Made by a program: the position numbers and the translations under genes
Shown here: positions 31,172 to 40,878 of the stretch, piece by piece
How the letters are laid out: each line of letters begins with the position of its first letter
Numbering within the stretch: the stretch's first letter is position 1
Source of the DNA: Tubulanus polymorphus
Lineage: Eukaryota > Animalia > Nemertea
Assembly: GCF_964204645.1 (NCBI RefSeq)
Contig: NC_134032.1
Coordinates: 4,426,175 to 4,490,174, forward strand
Length of the DNA stretch: 64,000 bases
Reading direction: 5' to 3'
Notes under the pieces: generated by a model
What the model saw: the letters and a program-made list of their open reading frames with translations, nothing else
Database searches by the model: none
Told to the model about the DNA's origin: nothing

Positions 31172-31591
31172 GCTTCTGCAATTATAACTATTATAGGATC
31201 AGCAATTGTTAACGCTTTAGCATTTACTGGTGGTGGATATTTATTTAAACATATTGATAAAAATAGTTCATTAGGAGAACAAAGAAGACATAACTTAGCG
31301 TTAGAGAAATACAATAAAGCTGCAGAAGAATATAGAGAAAAGAGGCAAAACTATATGGATTACATCAATAAAGAATTATATGATCAGAAGATTTCACATA
31401 GAGATTTTCAATCAGTCGATGATGCAATGAGTTTATATAACGCGGTAACCAATAAAGAAAAATTACATCTATACAAACCTAAATTATCAGATTATTATAC
31501 CCCAAGTGAAGAACAACAGAAATATGAAATAATTTGGATTTTAGGTGGAACTGTTATTGTTATATTTGTTGCTTATAAGTTTACTAATTAG
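31169..31591 (+). CDS. Conserved small membrane/coiled-coil protein (140 aa), copy B
   Basis: Conserved with 21884-22309. Confidence 0.8.
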   Translation: MASAIITIIGSAIVNALAFTGGGYLFKHIDKNSSLGEQRRHNLALEKYNKAAEEYREKRQNYMDYINKELYDQKISHRDFQSVDDAMSLYNAVTNKEKLHLYKPKLSDYYTPSEEQQKYEIIWILGGTVIVIFVAYKFTN

Positions 31592-31610
31592 TAATTTTTA
31601 TTCTAAATAA

Positions 31611-32024
31611 ATGGAAGATAAAGTTGATAGTATTGATATTATTCCTCATGATATAAATAAAACTAAATTAAAAACATATTTAGAAAAACAAATATTAGAA
31701 TTTGAAAGTGACTTAAAGATAAAAAAGAAAAAATATTTAAAAAGTAAAATTATATATTATTTGATTATAAGTGGTTCGGTTACAATTAGTTCTGTAATAA
31801 CATTTCTAGCAATATTCAGTCCATTAACACCTTTAGCTATATCAATTGGTGTGTTAGGATTAAGTTCAAGTGTTTTAACTGGTATAAGTTCAAAATTAAA
31901 TATAAAAAGTAATAAAGAAAAAATCAAAACTAATATAAAAGAAATTAATAAATTAAAGAACACACTAGATTATATAATAAGTTTAAATGGTCATATAACA
32001 GTTGAAGAACAAGATAAATTATAA
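31611..32024 (+). CDS. Two-TM membrane protein, copy B (7 aa shorter through a TTA>TAA change)
   Basis: Conserved with 21433-21867. Confidence 0.78.
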   Translation: MEDKVDSIDIIPHDINKTKLKTYLEKQILEFESDLKIKKKKYLKSKIIYYLIISGSVTISSVITFLAIFSPLTPLAISIGVLGLSSSVLTGISSKLNIKSNKEKIKTNIKEINKLKNTLDYIISLNGHITVEEQDKL

Positions 32025-32061
32025 AAAGAATTAATAAATTATTAATTTTTTAGTTATATAA

Positions 32062-33363
32062 ATGGGGTTTCCAAAAGCTTTCCAATATAATAAATCAATT
32101 AAATATAATATTCCGGCAATAGATTTTAAGAAAAATATTACATATAAAAATATAGTTTTAAATTCATTAACTAATTTAGAAATTTATGTTAATGAATCAC
32201 AGTTTTTTATTTCTAAAATGGAAAATATATTTAATACATATGAAGTTACTTTTACTCGAGATGAATATCATAAATATAAAGTAAAATCTAATATGAAGTA
32301 TTGGCAGAATCAATTAAATTTTGCTGTTTATTGTGCAACAACAGGATGTGGAATTAGTTGGAATGATCATTTAAATAACTTAGATAAAAATTTGAAGTAT
32401 TCTGATTTAAAATTAATTCACACAATATTTAGATTTCACACGTATTTTCAAATCAGAATAATATTAAATGAATTAGACTGTCCTTTACCCGGGTCTAAAT
32501 ATTTTAAAGAATTGGATAATAATATTAATATATCCAAGTTTTATAAAATATGTAATGAATTTAATATAAATATTAATTCCGATTTTAGAGCGCATGGTAA
32601 ATTGCAAGGTGTTGGTGAAGAGTTTGAAATAAAAAGAATTGATTATATGCATAGAATTTCAGCTTATCATTATTATAAAATTGATAATAATAATGGTTGG
32701 GTTAATTTCATTTTAGAAAATGGTGAAGGTTTTACAAAATCAGGTATACAAAGAATAAATCAATCTATTAGAATTTATTTGATATGTATTTTAGGCGCTC
32801 AAGTTGAAACAAGATCCCCAATAATTGGAAATGATAACACTTCATTCGATGCGCAGAAACAGTTTAAAGTTTTATTTGAAGATTCAATTCATAATGATAA
32901 AAATAGATCGATTCCAGAAAACATTATAAGATATCAAAATTATTTAGATAAATCTCATGTAAGACTTAATTATTGTATAGGCCCTAATCTATTGATTATT
33001 TCTAATGATTTAGTATTAAAGATGGGAAATATAATTGGTTATAATAATCTAATTAAAACTGCAACAATAAATAATTCATTTGGATTGAATGATATAAATA
33101 AAAAGATTATTACTGCTCCAAAATTAATGGAAGGTGAAAAAAATAAAAAACATATTCAATCAACTGAAACTAAAACTAAGAATATTAAATTAAATAATGA
33201 TTCTAAAATAAAAGATTACAATACATCAGAAAATAATAGAACTGATAAAATTCAACATGATATAATTAAACTAAATGATGATAATAAATCCCATGAAAAT
33301 ACTAAATTAGCTATAACTTGTATAGGAATTGTAATCGGAGGAATATTATATTTTAAATTTTAA
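32062..33363 (+). CDS. 433-aa protein with C-terminal TM anchor (putative virion membrane protein), copy B intact
   Basis: YWQNQLNFAVYCATTGCGIS and FRFHTYFQIR motifs; C-terminal LAITCIGIVIGGILYF; Gly at position 2. Confidence 0.8.
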   Translation: MGFPKAFQYNKSIKYNIPAIDFKKNITYKNIVLNSLTNLEIYVNESQFFISKMENIFNTYEVTFTRDEYHKYKVKSNMKYWQNQLNFAVYCATTGCGISWNDHLNNLDKNLKYSDLKLIHTIFRFHTYFQIRIILNELDCPLPGSKYFKELDNNINISKFYKICNEFNININSDFRAHGKLQGVGEEFEIKRIDYMHRISAYHYYKIDNNNGWVNFILENGEGFTKSGIQRINQSIRIYLICILGAQVETRSPIIGNDNTSFDAQKQFKVLFEDSIHNDKNRSIPENIIRYQNYLDKSHVRLNYCIGPNLLIISNDLVLKMGNIIGYNNLIKTATINNSFGLNDINKKIITAPKLMEGEKNKKHIQSTETKTKNIKLNNDSKIKDYNTSENNRTDKIQHDIIKLNDDNKSHENTKLAITCIGIVIGGILYFKF

Positions 33364-33379
33364 TTTTTTTATTATGTAA

Positions 33380-34948
33380 ATGGATGTAGAAGGTGTAGAA
33401 AATATTCCATTGGATGACATGGGAAATGATAATGAAGGATATATTGACGATGAACCACAAACCGATTTTAATGAAACTAATATTGATAATGATGATGAAT
33501 CAGCATATAATTCTAATTTAGCAGATAGTGGTTCTAAAGTCCCATCAACAGATGAATTTGATAGAAGAACTAGATCGAGAATAAATCCTGAAAATGAAAA
33601 TCAAGGTTTATCAAGACAAAATTTAGAAAATATTGAATATATTTATAAGTTTCAAGATGTATTTAAAAAATCTGGATATAATATAAATTACAGAGGTGCC
33701 AGACTTTTAGTAAAAGAATTAAAATATTTAGATGGTGAATATTATTATAAATTGAAAGATGATTATTATATTAACATCTCTTATAAAACTCAAAATATAA
33801 TATTAGCAGAATCAACTTTGCTTAAGTTAGAACCAGATAGAATTAAGAGAATAAGTAATAGAAATGAAATAACTGATGTTACACAAGAAGAAAGAGATAA
33901 TAATAGAAAAGAATTTAAACAAAGAATTAATGAATTATTTGAAATAATCGATAATAATCCAGAAACGGAAATGGAAGAGAATAGAGATAAATTAAGATCT
34001 TCAACACCCGAAACATCGAGAAGAGACACTCAACAAATTGATAATGATTTAAGTCAATCACAATTAGAAAAACGTTTTGATAACTTACGGAATAAAACTT
34101 CCAAAACTAGTAAACTTAAATCAAACGAAGTTCAAACTGAAAAACTTTTACCGAATGGATTACTTGATGCAACAGATCAAGAAATAGAAGCTTTAAATAT
34201 GTTTTCTAAAAAAACAATTAGAGAAATAATAAGTATACGAAATGAAGCCGATAAAATTGCGCGCGAAAAACATATTAGATATAATAAAATTAAACCTTTA
34301 GAAAATAAATTATTTGACACCAGAAAAGAATTAGAACAATTAAAATTAGATAGAGAATTTAAAGTTATTGAAGAAATTGAATTTAAAAAAAGAAATGCAT
34401 ATTTAGAAAAAGAAATTGATGATTTAGAATATAACATAGAATTTCAGAAAGAAAAAATGAAATTATTATTAAAATCATATGATTATTGTATTAATAGATT
34501 AAAAGTTGTTGTTAAAGAGTTAATACTAAAACCAAATTCTGACATATCATTAAAAGATAGAATAAAATTATTATTTAAGTTTGAAGGAATAACAGTTCTT
34601 TCAATTCTAACAGCTGTTACTATGTTATTTACAACAATAGGTTTAGCTATATCAAATGCTTTAAAATCTACTCCTACTCCCACTCCTAATAAACCAGATA
34701 AACCTCCAGGAAATAATTCTATACAAGATAAAGTTAAAGATGGTTTAAAGAAATTAGCAAAATATTTATGGGAACTATCAAAGAAATCTGCTGCAGCTTT
34801 ACCAGGAGTTATTGCTTCAATTGTTGGTTTTATATTGAAATCTGCAGGAAACATTATTAACTTTGCTGCTGAACATATTATTTTATTTTTAATCACAGTT
34901 GTTAGTGCTATTATTTTTGGGTTAGTAAATATGATTAAAAATAAATAA
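33380..34948 (+). CDS. 522-aa acidic/coiled-coil protein with C-terminal hydrophobic and amphipathic helices, copy B intact
   Basis: Acidic N-terminus, long coiled coil, then GITVLSILTAVTMLFTTIGLAI and ALPGVIASIVGFIL..IILFLITVVSAIIFGLV. Confidence 0.8.
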   Translation: MDVEGVENIPLDDMGNDNEGYIDDEPQTDFNETNIDNDDESAYNSNLADSGSKVPSTDEFDRRTRSRINPENENQGLSRQNLENIEYIYKFQDVFKKSGYNINYRGARLLVKELKYLDGEYYYKLKDDYYINISYKTQNIILAESTLLKLEPDRIKRISNRNEITDVTQEERDNNRKEFKQRINELFEIIDNNPETEMEENRDKLRSSTPETSRRDTQQIDNDLSQSQLEKRFDNLRNKTSKTSKLKSNEVQTEKLLPNGLLDATDQEIEALNMFSKKTIREIISIRNEADKIAREKHIRYNKIKPLENKLFDTRKELEQLKLDREFKVIEEIEFKKRNAYLEKEIDDLEYNIEFQKEKMKLLLKSYDYCINRLKVVVKELILKPNSDISLKDRIKLLFKFEGITVLSILTAVTMLFTTIGLAISNALKSTPTPTPNKPDKPPGNNSIQDKVKDGLKKLAKYLWELSKKSAAALPGVIASIVGFILKSAGNIINFAAEHIILFLITVVSAIIFGLVNMIKNK

Positions 34949-34968
34949 TTAATTTTTTTGTTAAATAA

Positions 34969-36216
34969 ATGAGTGGGAGTTATATCAATCCTTCTAAGAA
35001 TCATAGAATATCTAATGCTATTAAAGCAGAAAGATCACATCATATAATTACTCATAACCCTTCAAATATTAATCCCGATGAAACTTTATATGTTAGAATC
35101 CCTCGATTAACACAAAATACTTTTTATGTTCCAAACAGTATTTATTTATCAGCTGATATAAAAGTAATCGGTAATAATAATAATTATGTCGTTGATAATG
35201 TTGGAAGATATTTGATTAAAAAGTTAACAATAAAGATTGGTCCAGAAACAGTTTTCTCATTAGATGATTATAATTTATTTATGCACTATAAAGATTTATG
35301 GTTAACTAAAGAAAATAGAAATAATATGATATTTCAAGGAATTCAATCAGAAAACCAAAATAAATTAAGATCAGAAGCTAATAGCGCAATATTAACAAAT
35401 GATGTAGATAAATTGATAAAAAGTATATATGGAAGCAAATATAAAATTCCATTAGACTTTGAATTGATAAATAATAATGCACCTTTATATAAATACGCAA
35501 TTCAAGAAGATATTATATTCGAAATAACATTTGCTCCTGTAAATGAAATTGTAATATCTAGCGTTAATAAAGATATGAGTTATAAATTATCGAATATATG
35601 TTTAGAATATGATACAGTAACTGATGAAAATATTTCAAGTATAATTCAAACTCAATACAATCAAGGGTTTTCATTATTATATGATTATATTGATAAATTT
35701 AAAACTGTAACTATTAATGCAAATGATGAAATAATTAATGAGAATATTAACTTCCCTAGAAGATCTATTAAAGGTATATTAATATTTTTTACCATTGGAA
35801 CGTATACTAATGGTGCAATAAATGTTGACAATTATTATAATCCTGAAATAACAAAAGTAGAAATAACTATCGAAGGAATAGCGAATAAAATATTTTGTCA
35901 AGGAATGAGAATGATTGATCAATGGGTAGAAATTAAAAAACATTTTATGAATGAAAAAGTAAAATCATTTGAAAATTGTAACATTAATCAAATTGATTAT
36001 TATACCGGTAATAAATATGCATTATGGTTAGATTTTAGAACAACAGAGGATAATTCATTACATGGTTCTGGGAAAAAACTACAAAATACAAAAGATGGAA
36101 TACAATTATTCATGACAAAGAAAAAAGGAATTAAAAATTTTAAAATGCACATTTATATTATATCTGACGCACAATTAAATATTGTAAATTCACAATTAGA
36201 TAGTGTTATGTATTAA
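34969..36216 (+). CDS. Putative major capsid protein, copy B
   Basis: 415 aa, highly similar to 17327-18574. Confidence 0.75.
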   Translation: MSGSYINPSKNHRISNAIKAERSHHIITHNPSNINPDETLYVRIPRLTQNTFYVPNSIYLSADIKVIGNNNNYVVDNVGRYLIKKLTIKIGPETVFSLDDYNLFMHYKDLWLTKENRNNMIFQGIQSENQNKLRSEANSAILTNDVDKLIKSIYGSKYKIPLDFELINNNAPLYKYAIQEDIIFEITFAPVNEIVISSVNKDMSYKLSNICLEYDTVTDENISSIIQTQYNQGFSLLYDYIDKFKTVTINANDEIINENINFPRRSIKGILIFFTIGTYTNGAINVDNYYNPEITKVEITIEGIANKIFCQGMRMIDQWVEIKKHFMNEKVKSFENCNINQIDYYTGNKYALWLDFRTTEDNSLHGSGKKLQNTKDGIQLFMTKKKGIKNFKMHIYIISDAQLNIVNSQLDSVMY

Positions 36217-36248
36217 AATTTTAACTTTAATAAAAATATATATAATAA

Positions 36249-37568
36249 ATGGAAGGATGTAAACTATATGAAAGAATCAAAGCTGATAAAGAAATCAATG
36301 ATGATTTGTATTATGTAATACCTTATAAAAGAATAAATGAATATATTGGAACATTTTTATTAAATGAATTAAATCAATACAAAGAATATTTAATTGAACG
36401 TAATAATAATATTGAAACAAAAATAGAAGATAAGAATGATATTGAAACAAAAATAGAAGATAATATTGAAACAAAAATAGATAATAATATTGAAACAAAA
36501 ATAGATAATAATATTGAAACAAAAATAGAAGATAATATTGAAACAAAAATAGATAATAATATTGAAACAAAAATAGATAATAATATTGAACCTAAAATAG
36601 ATAATAATATTAAATATAAAATAGAAGATAAGAATGATATTAAATATAAAATAGAAGATGTAACAGGATATCTATCTTATAATATACCCTCTACATATGA
36701 TATTGAATCAAAAAAGACAAATGAAAAATATTGTGACGTATGTAAACAGTATAAAAGTTATAAGAATTGGGCAACTCATCTTAATTCACTCAAGCATAAG
36801 AAAAATAAGAATAAGATTTTAAATGAATTGGATAATGATAGTGAAATTGATAATGATAATGTTAAAGAAGATAAATATTGTGAAGAATGTGATAAATATA
36901 TAAGTCGTAGTAATTTTTCAAAGCATAAATTAACACAGATACATTTGGATAATATAGAAAGAAATATATGTGAAAAGTGTAATGTTGTTGTATTACCTAA
37001 AGATAGAATTAAACATGTTAATTCTTTTGAACATACAATAAAAGCTGCTGATTTAAATAACCTTTATAGAGTACCAAATGGATTTTTTGATATAGAAAAT
37101 AATGATCATAGAAAATTATATAGATCAATTTTTATCGATTATGTAAGAAATAATCCAAAACAAGTAATATTAGATATTAAAACTCGTCGGTTATATATAA
37201 AAATTGATTCAAATAATTATTGGAGTATACATTATTTCATAAAATTTAAAAATATAGATTTTTTAACAGAATTGAAAAAAGTTGCTGCTAATGATAATAT
37301 AAGTGATAACTTTGATGAAATAATTCAATACTATAGTTATGAAGATTTTTCACAGGATGTTATAAATAAAATAAGAAATGATGCAAAAAATGAATATAAA
37401 AATATAAGTGAAGACAAATTAAACCAATATATTTATTTAACTTATGAATTCTTTGTTAAGGGTTTGAATGGTAATGGTTATCATTTTAAACTATTAGGTG
37501 AAAGAAGATCACAAGAATTAAGAGATGCATGGAGAAAATTGTTTTCAGAATTAGAATCAGAAAAGTAA
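36249..37568 (+). CDS. Zn-finger protein with tandem NNIETKID repeats (439 aa)
   Basis: About 10 imperfect 24-27-bp repeats (36405-36660) and three CxxC..H..H fingers; TAAATG start. Confidence 0.8.
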   Translation: MEGCKLYERIKADKEINDDLYYVIPYKRINEYIGTFLLNELNQYKEYLIERNNNIETKIEDKNDIETKIEDNIETKIDNNIETKIDNNIETKIEDNIETKIDNNIETKIDNNIEPKIDNNIKYKIEDKNDIKYKIEDVTGYLSYNIPSTYDIESKKTNEKYCDVCKQYKSYKNWATHLNSLKHKKNKNKILNELDNDSEIDNDNVKEDKYCEECDKYISRSNFSKHKLTQIHLDNIERNICEKCNVVVLPKDRIKHVNSFEHTIKAADLNNLYRVPNGFFDIENNDHRKLYRSIFIDYVRNNPKQVILDIKTRRLYIKIDSNNYWSIHYFIKFKNIDFLTELKKVAANDNISDNFDEIIQYYSYEDFSQDVINKIRNDAKNEYKNISEDKLNQYIYLTYEFFVKGLNGNGYHFKLLGERRSQELRDAWRKLFSELESEK

Positions 37569-37596
37569 TTTAAAATATGAATATAATACCCTTTTG

Positions 37597-38160
37597 TGTC
37601 TTTATTATCTTTAGTATTTTAGTATTTTTAGTATATAAAGAATAAATCTTTATTCTATTAGTAGTGAATAAAATTATTTTTAAAACTACTAAACTAATAA
37701 AGATAATAAAGACATAAATATATATATAACACTGTTTCAATAATTATATTTATTCATCTGATGGATTTTATATATTACCGTTTCAATAATTAAATCTATT
37801 TATCATATATATTTATTATATATATCATAGATTTATCATTAATAAAAATTATTTATATATTTATTTTTCTAAGTATTAATTAAATAAAGATTTATTCTTT
37901 ATGTATTAAAAGTATTAAAGCTATTAAAGATATTAAAGATATAACAAACATATATAGATGTAATAAATATCATAGATTTATTTATCTCACAGATTTATTA
38001 TATATATTTGATTCAGTAATAATAAATCTATAGTGTTTGTTATGTCTTTATTATCTTTATTAGTTTAGTAGTTTTAAAAATAATTTTATTCACTACTAAT
38101 AAAATAAAGATTTATTCTTTATATACTAAAAATACTAAAATACTAAAGATAATAAAGACA
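37597..38160. repeat. About 120-bp inverted repeat pair (37597-37717 / 38040-38160) between convergent genes
   Basis: The arms differ at one position. Each arm is bounded by TGTCTTTATTATCTTTA..TAAAGATAATAAAGACA. A partial third copy lies at about 37880-37950. Confidence 0.9.
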
Positions 38161-38217
38161 TTAGGGAGTTATATAATACATATCTAATACATATCTAATA
38201 TATAGGTAAACAAATAG

Positions 38218-38826
38218 TTATTTTATAAATTTATATTCATAAGGAAATTGTAATCTCATTAATAATTTTGAACCTTTATTATTTTTTAATTTATTCATAT
38301 ATTCATCATGTAATTCAGTAGGTATAATTTGATTTTCTTCCAATGATTGTTGCATAGATTTTTTATCTTTGTTATAAAATAAAACTAGAAATCTTATATT
38401 CTCTCTAAAATCTTTCACAATTGAATTATATTTCTGATTTAAAACCCAAGTTGTTATCCCAAAATGTCTCCCAGAGAAAGCTAAATAACATAACTCACTT
38501 TCTCTAATTTTAGAATCATGTAAATTTGCGCAATCATCAATAATAAATAATGTATTAGATCCTTTATAAATATCTAATGCAATTTTTATACAATTATCTA
38601 AATTTTCTTTTACTGTTTTAGGATTTAATATAATAAACTTTTTTATCTTAACTATATCTCTATTATACGTTTCATTCATTTCATATGTAGGGCAGAATAA
38701 TATTATATTATCAAAATGATTTTTATAAATAGTTTCTAACAAGTCTAATATGAAATGTGTTTTACCACAATTTGTAACTCCAGTAACTAACATATTATGT
38801 GGTTCAAATATAAATAAATCTATTCA
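38218..38826 (-). CDS. A32/FtsK-like packaging ATPase, copy B (TAAATG start at 38826 is out of frame; in-frame Met at 38793)
   Basis: GVTNCGKT, FIIDD and SGRH motifs; colinear with 15560-16168. Confidence 0.88.
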
Positions 38827-39908
38827 TTTATTCTTTTAATTTTACTAGATAAAATCCATTCATTAAATTTATCATCATATCCTTTATATTTCACCAAAGA
38901 ATACTTTTTTCCTTTAAGAGTTTTTGTTTTCAATACCTTTTCTATTTTGTATTCTATTTCATCTGGATTTGGTACTAATGATAATTCTTGTTCATAAAAA
39001 TAACCTAATATTTCTTCATCTTTTAAATCAAACAATTTATAAACAAATGGTTTAGTTAATATTATCTTTTTAATTTTAAATATTTCTTCAGTAAAATTAG
39101 GGGTATAACCTTTATAAAATGTTTTTCGATATTTAGAAATTCTAACATGTTGTCCTATTTTAAATTTAGGTTCACCGAAATCATGTGTAACAAATGCTCC
39201 ATATAAATTATTCCAAACTATTTCTGAATTTTCTTCTTTTCTAGCTTGTATAGGTTTCATATTTATAGAACTATGTTTAGAATTATTATAACCTTTCACT
39301 AAATCATCTAATACATCGATATATTTATATGTTTCATTAGCGGTGAAATATTTCCACATTCTAGTTTTCAATGTTTTATTAAATCTTTCTATAACTGATG
39401 CTTTTTTATCTGAATGTGTTGAAAAATAATCTACATCGTTATCAGATAATAGTTTTTTAAAATGTTTGTTATAAAATTCCTTACCTTCATCAAATTGTAT
39501 CTTATCTGGGATAGCTTCTTTAAATATTAATTTGAAAGCATTTGTTACTTCTATACCGGTTTTATTTTTAATCGGGATACTCCATGCGTATCTACTGAAT
39601 ATATCTATAACATTCAGTATCCAAAAATATCCTTTGTTATATTCTTCTAAGTTTTTCATGTCAATTAAATCAGCTTGCCATTGTTGGTCAATATATGAAA
39701 CCATTACTTTTCTTGTTAAATATTTTTTATCCATCTTTTTATGAATTTGATATGTGGGTTGATTTTGTAACCATGATTTTAATTCACTATATTTTATTTT
39801 TTCTTTATCAGATTTAATTTTATTCCATAATTCTGAAACACTTGAATATGATACTTCACTTTCTGGGTTGTAATATAACTCTCTTAAATATTGTTCTTTT
39901 TTCATCAT
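38820..39908 (-). CDS. rve integrase with chromodomain, copy B
   Basis: WQADLID, QFDEGKEF, SVIERFNKTL; LVKYKGYDDKFNEWI. Confidence 0.95.
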   Translation of the reverse strand: MMKKEQYLRELYYNPESEVSYSSVSELWNKIKSDKEKIKYSELKSWLQNQPTYQIHKKMDKKYLTRKVMVSYIDQQWQADLIDMKNLEEYNKGYFWILNVIDIFSRYAWSIPIKNKTGIEVTNAFKLIFKEAIPDKIQFDEGKEFYNKHFKKLLSDNDVDYFSTHSDKKASVIERFNKTLKTRMWKYFTANETYKYIDVLDDLVKGYNNSKHSSINMKPIQARKEENSEIVWNNLYGAFVTHDFGEPKFKIGQHVRISKYRKTFYKGYTPNFTEEIFKIKKIILTKPFVYKLFDLKDEEILGYFYEQELSLVPNPDEIEYKIEKVLKTKTLKGKKYSLVKYKGYDDKFNEWILSSKIKRINE

Positions 39909-39912
39909 ATTT

Positions 39913-40283
39913 TAATCCATTAATAATATTTTAGATTTATTTTCATTTGACTTATTTTCTGGTATGATAGGTTTATTGTCATTGGAATCATCTTTATCAT
40001 CAGATTTGAATTTTGATTTATATATTACACCGGATAATATAATAACTGTTACTAATCCAATTGTAATATATAATTTATAATTACTTCCAGCATTAGAAGA
40101 ATTAGATGGATTATTATTTGAATCAATACCACCGTGTGGGTGCCGTACGGCACCATCAGATTCATTTATATCAGTTAATTTCTTTTTCTTAGCTTTTTTT
40201 AATTCTGAAGATCTTTAACCTAATTCTCTTGCCCATTTAATTTGTTTCTCGGATCTAGCCTTTTTCTTAACTCCATCACTCAT
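39913..40283 (-). pseudogene. Small membrane protein (paralog of the 14737 ORF), in-frame stop near 40217
   Basis: MSDGVKKKARSEKQIKWARELG*..DGAVRHPHG..LYITIGLVTVIILSGVIY; TAAATG start; not in the supplied ORF track. Confidence 0.7.
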
Positions 40284-40878
40284 TTATTTTAGTTAATTTT
40301 TGTTCTGATTCATTTTCTGTTTCGACGTTTTGTTGTAGTACATCTGTTTCGTTCTTACCTGATTTATATTCCATAGGTTTGATGTTCGAAAATGTTATAA
40401 CTCCAGTAGAAATCAACGTCATAACCGATCCTAATTGAAATGAAGCATATCCAACCCATTTTTGTAATTCAGTCATAACTAAGTAGTCATTTTTCAAATC
40501 ATTATATAATTTATTTTCATCATCAATTGGTATTAACTGGTTACATAACTTAGAATAACATTTGACAATACCATCACTTATAGAGTCGTTTATTCTAGCT
40601 AATCTTGCCTCTTCATAAATCTTAAAATATTTGATTACTTTATCAGGTTTCATAGAGTCTAGTTCTTGAAAAGTTATTATTTTTCCTAAGAAGTCCTTAG
40701 ATTTCCCGCCAGCAATTAATAATTCAAGATGATGCTTACAATATAAATAGTATTCATAATCTATATTGTTATTAACTTGAATAGAATTAGAAACAACTGT
40801 ATCTTTATTATCACTAATACCTAAATCATCTAATGTCTTTTCAATATCAATACTATTCTTATTAGATTTCTTTGACAT
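40276..40878 (-). CDS. Polinton conserved hypothetical protein (200 aa), paralog of 14670-15275
   Basis: Shared motifs with the paralog; TAAATG start. Confidence 0.8.
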   Translation of the reverse strand: MSKKSNKNSIDIEKTLDDLGISDNKDTVVSNSIQVNNNIDYEYYLYCKHHLELLIAGGKSKDFLGKIITFQELDSMKPDKVIKYFKIYEEARLARINDSISDGIVKCYSKLCNQLIPIDDENKLYNDLKNDYLVMTELQKWVGYASFQLGSVMTLISTGVITFSNIKPMEYKSGKNETDVLQQNVETENESEQKLTKINE

